IMG/VR virus record: IMGVR_UViG_3300047557_004483
Span: 64,001 to 112,252 of that record
Direction: 5' to 3' (one strand)
DNA length: 48,252 nucleotides
Source: a virus
Taxonomy: Duplodnaviria > Heunggongvirae > Uroviricota > Caudoviricetes
In this document: one piece after another, positions 46,929-48,252 of the stretch
Layout: the number at the start of each line of letters is the position of its first letter
How positions within the stretch are numbered: the first letter of the stretch is position 1
Program-made: the position numbers and the translations under genes
The notes under the pieces: generated by a model
Told to the model about the DNA's origin: nothing
The model's input: the letters and a program-made list of their open reading frames with translations, nothing else
The model's database searches: none

Positions 46929-48250
46929 TCAGTTGGATATTTGTCAACATATTCAATATCGAACCTTTCGATATCTTTTCTTTCTGCTAAAATTATAAAA
47001 TAAGTATTTATAACTCCAGTTTCTGATTCGATTAAGATTTTATTATCTAAAATACTTCTTACATAGTGTACTGTAGGAGTCCCTTTGGGCGTCAATTGAA
47101 CTGTCATTGAGTCTTCATATACCAAATTAACCCAATAATCTGGTAGATATATTAAATTTTCAGTAGTATACCCTCTTAGATAAACGCCATGTTCAGGCCC
47201 TTCGAGCACACCATATCTGAGTCTGAACCCTTTTTTTGTTGGGTGTATTATATCGAAGGATTTTGTTGTTGCAACTATATCTCCAACCACAGTTAATACT
47301 GTTCCATCGAATGTCATGTTTGGTTCCCCGTTCAAAGTACCAGGTGTATTACTACCCGTAATTACTCTATTATCAGCGTTGTTATTTATAGTCGCAGTTC
47401 CAGGAGCACCTTGAGCACCTTGAGGTCCTTGTGGACCAACTGCTCCTTGCGCACCTTGACCTCCTTGAGCACCCTGAGGACCTTTAGCACCTGTAGGTCC
47501 AATAGCTCCTTGAGCTCCTTGTCCTCCTTGAGCACCTGTAGGTCCAATAGCTCCTTGAGCTCCTTGTCCTCCTTGAGCACCTGTAGGTCCAATTGCACCT
47601 TGAGCACCTTGAGGTCCTTGTGGACCAACTGCTCCTTGAGCACCTTGTCCTCCTTGAGCACCCTGGGGACCTTTAGCACCTGTAGGTCCAATAGCTCCTT
47701 GAGCTCCTTGTCCTCCTTGAGCACCTGTAGGTCCAATAGCTCCTTGAGCACCTTGTCCTCCTTGAGCACCTGTAGGTCCAATAGCTCCTTGAGCTCCTTG
47801 TCCTCCTTGAGCACCTGTAGGTCCAATTGCGCCTTGAGCACCTTGAGGTCCTTGTGGACCAACTGCTCCTTGAGCACCCTGAGGACCTTTAGCACCTGTA
47901 GGTCCAATAGCACCTTGAGCACCTTGAGGTCCTTGTGGACCAACTGCTCCTTGAGCACCTTGTCCTCCTTGAGCACCTGTAGGTCCAATAGCACCTTGAG
48001 CACCTTGAGGTCCTTGTGGACCAACTGCTCCTTGAGCACCTTGACCTCCTTGAGCACCTGTAGGTCCAATAGCACCTTGAGCACCTTGAGGTCCTTGTGG
48101 ACCAACTGCTCCTTGAGCACCTTGTCCTCCTTGAGCACCTGTAGGTCCAATAGCACCTTGAGCACCTTGAGGTCCTTGTGGACCAACTGCTCCTTGAGCA
48201 CCTTGACCTCCTTGAGCACCTGTAGGTCCAATAGCACCTTGAGCACCTTG
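46925..48250 (-). CDS. Collagen-like (Gly-X-Y) fibre protein, 5'-partial, with phage fibre C-terminal domain
   Basis: The frame starting at 48250 reads [27 protein letters not shown]... without a stop into [33 protein letters not shown]...[29 protein letters not shown]. The track's 46925-47335 ORF is its C-terminus. Confidence 0.9.
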   Translation of the reverse strand, partial: QGAQGAIGPTGAQGGQGAQGAVGPQGPQGAQGAIGPTGAQGGQGAQGAVGPQGPQGAQGAIGPTGAQGGQGAQGAVGPQGPQGAQGAIGPTGAQGGQGAQGAVGPQGPQGAQGAIGPTGAKGPQGAQGAVGPQGPQGAQGAIGPTGAQGGQGAQGAIGPTGAQGGQGAQGAIGPTGAQGGQGAQGAIGPTGAKGPQGAQGGQGAQGAVGPQGPQGAQGAIGPTGAQGGQGAQGAIGPTGAQGGQGAQGAIGPTGAKGPQGAQGGQGAQGAVGPQGPQGAQGAPGTATINNNADNRVITGSNTPGTLNGEPNMTFDGTVLTVVGDIVATTKSFDIIHPTKKGFRLRYGVLEGPEHGVYLRGYTTENLIYLPDYWVNLVYEDSMTVQLTPKGTPTVHYVRSILDNKILIESETGVINTYFIILAERKDIERFDIEYVDKYPTD

Positions 48251-48252
48251 AG
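47396..48252 (-). repeat. Gly-X-Y coding repeat with 81-bp higher-order unit
   Basis: caactgct recurs at 47941, 48022, 48103 and 48184 (81-bp period; unit [27 protein letters not shown]). Confidence 0.9.

Noticed and set aside
47386-48246. 286-aa [16 protein letters not shown]... from the track
   Set aside because: Off-frame reading of the collagen repeat. The Gly-X-Y frame is continuous with the C-terminal fibre domain.
1-48252. tRNA/rRNA genes, integrase, transposase, DGR reverse transcriptase, stop-codon recoding
   Set aside because: Intergenic gaps are too short and show no cloverleaf. No such ORFs were recognised, and genes tile continuously under code 11 with TAA, TAG and TGA all used as stops.

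Overview
AT-rich, densely coding window. Almost every gene is on the minus strand; the exception is a two-gene plus-strand block at 44266-46928. It reads as part of a large tailed dsDNA phage genome (standard code 11). A Bacteroidota host is inferred from TAnnTTTG promoters, A-rich start regions with no obvious Shine-Dalgarno, an A|Q signal peptide, SprB-like repeats and a short RpoD-family sigma factor. Layout: (1) 30-2674 putative lysis/envelope cassette with an amidase; (2) 2714-13889 sigma factor, pyrimidine-dimer glycosylase-like protein, GT-A glycosyltransferase, Rad50/Mre11 (gp46/47-like) pair, PD-(D/E)XK nuclease, primase and RuvC-like resolvase; (3) 13891-40047 putative virion fibre/baseplate genes built from small Cys-bounded modules joined by Pro/Thr linkers, two of which have mucin-like (TPTNTI)n tracts of about 1000-1200 aa; (4) 40270-46928 glycan-modification cluster: FkbM-like and class I methyltransferases, an O-acetyltransferase, two paralogous GT-like proteins, a GT4 fused to a full-length TibC/AAH-type protein O-heptosyltransferase with an intact four-Cys iron finger, and a DUF6165-like protein; (5) 46925-48252 the 3' part of a collagen-like fibre that the ORF track translated in the wrong frame. 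Main hypothesis (inference): the phage encodes a protein O-glycosylation and glycan-decoration pathway for its own mucin-like and collagen fibres, giving a virion 'glycocalyx'. All family assignments come from motif recognition by eye; no database search was run.
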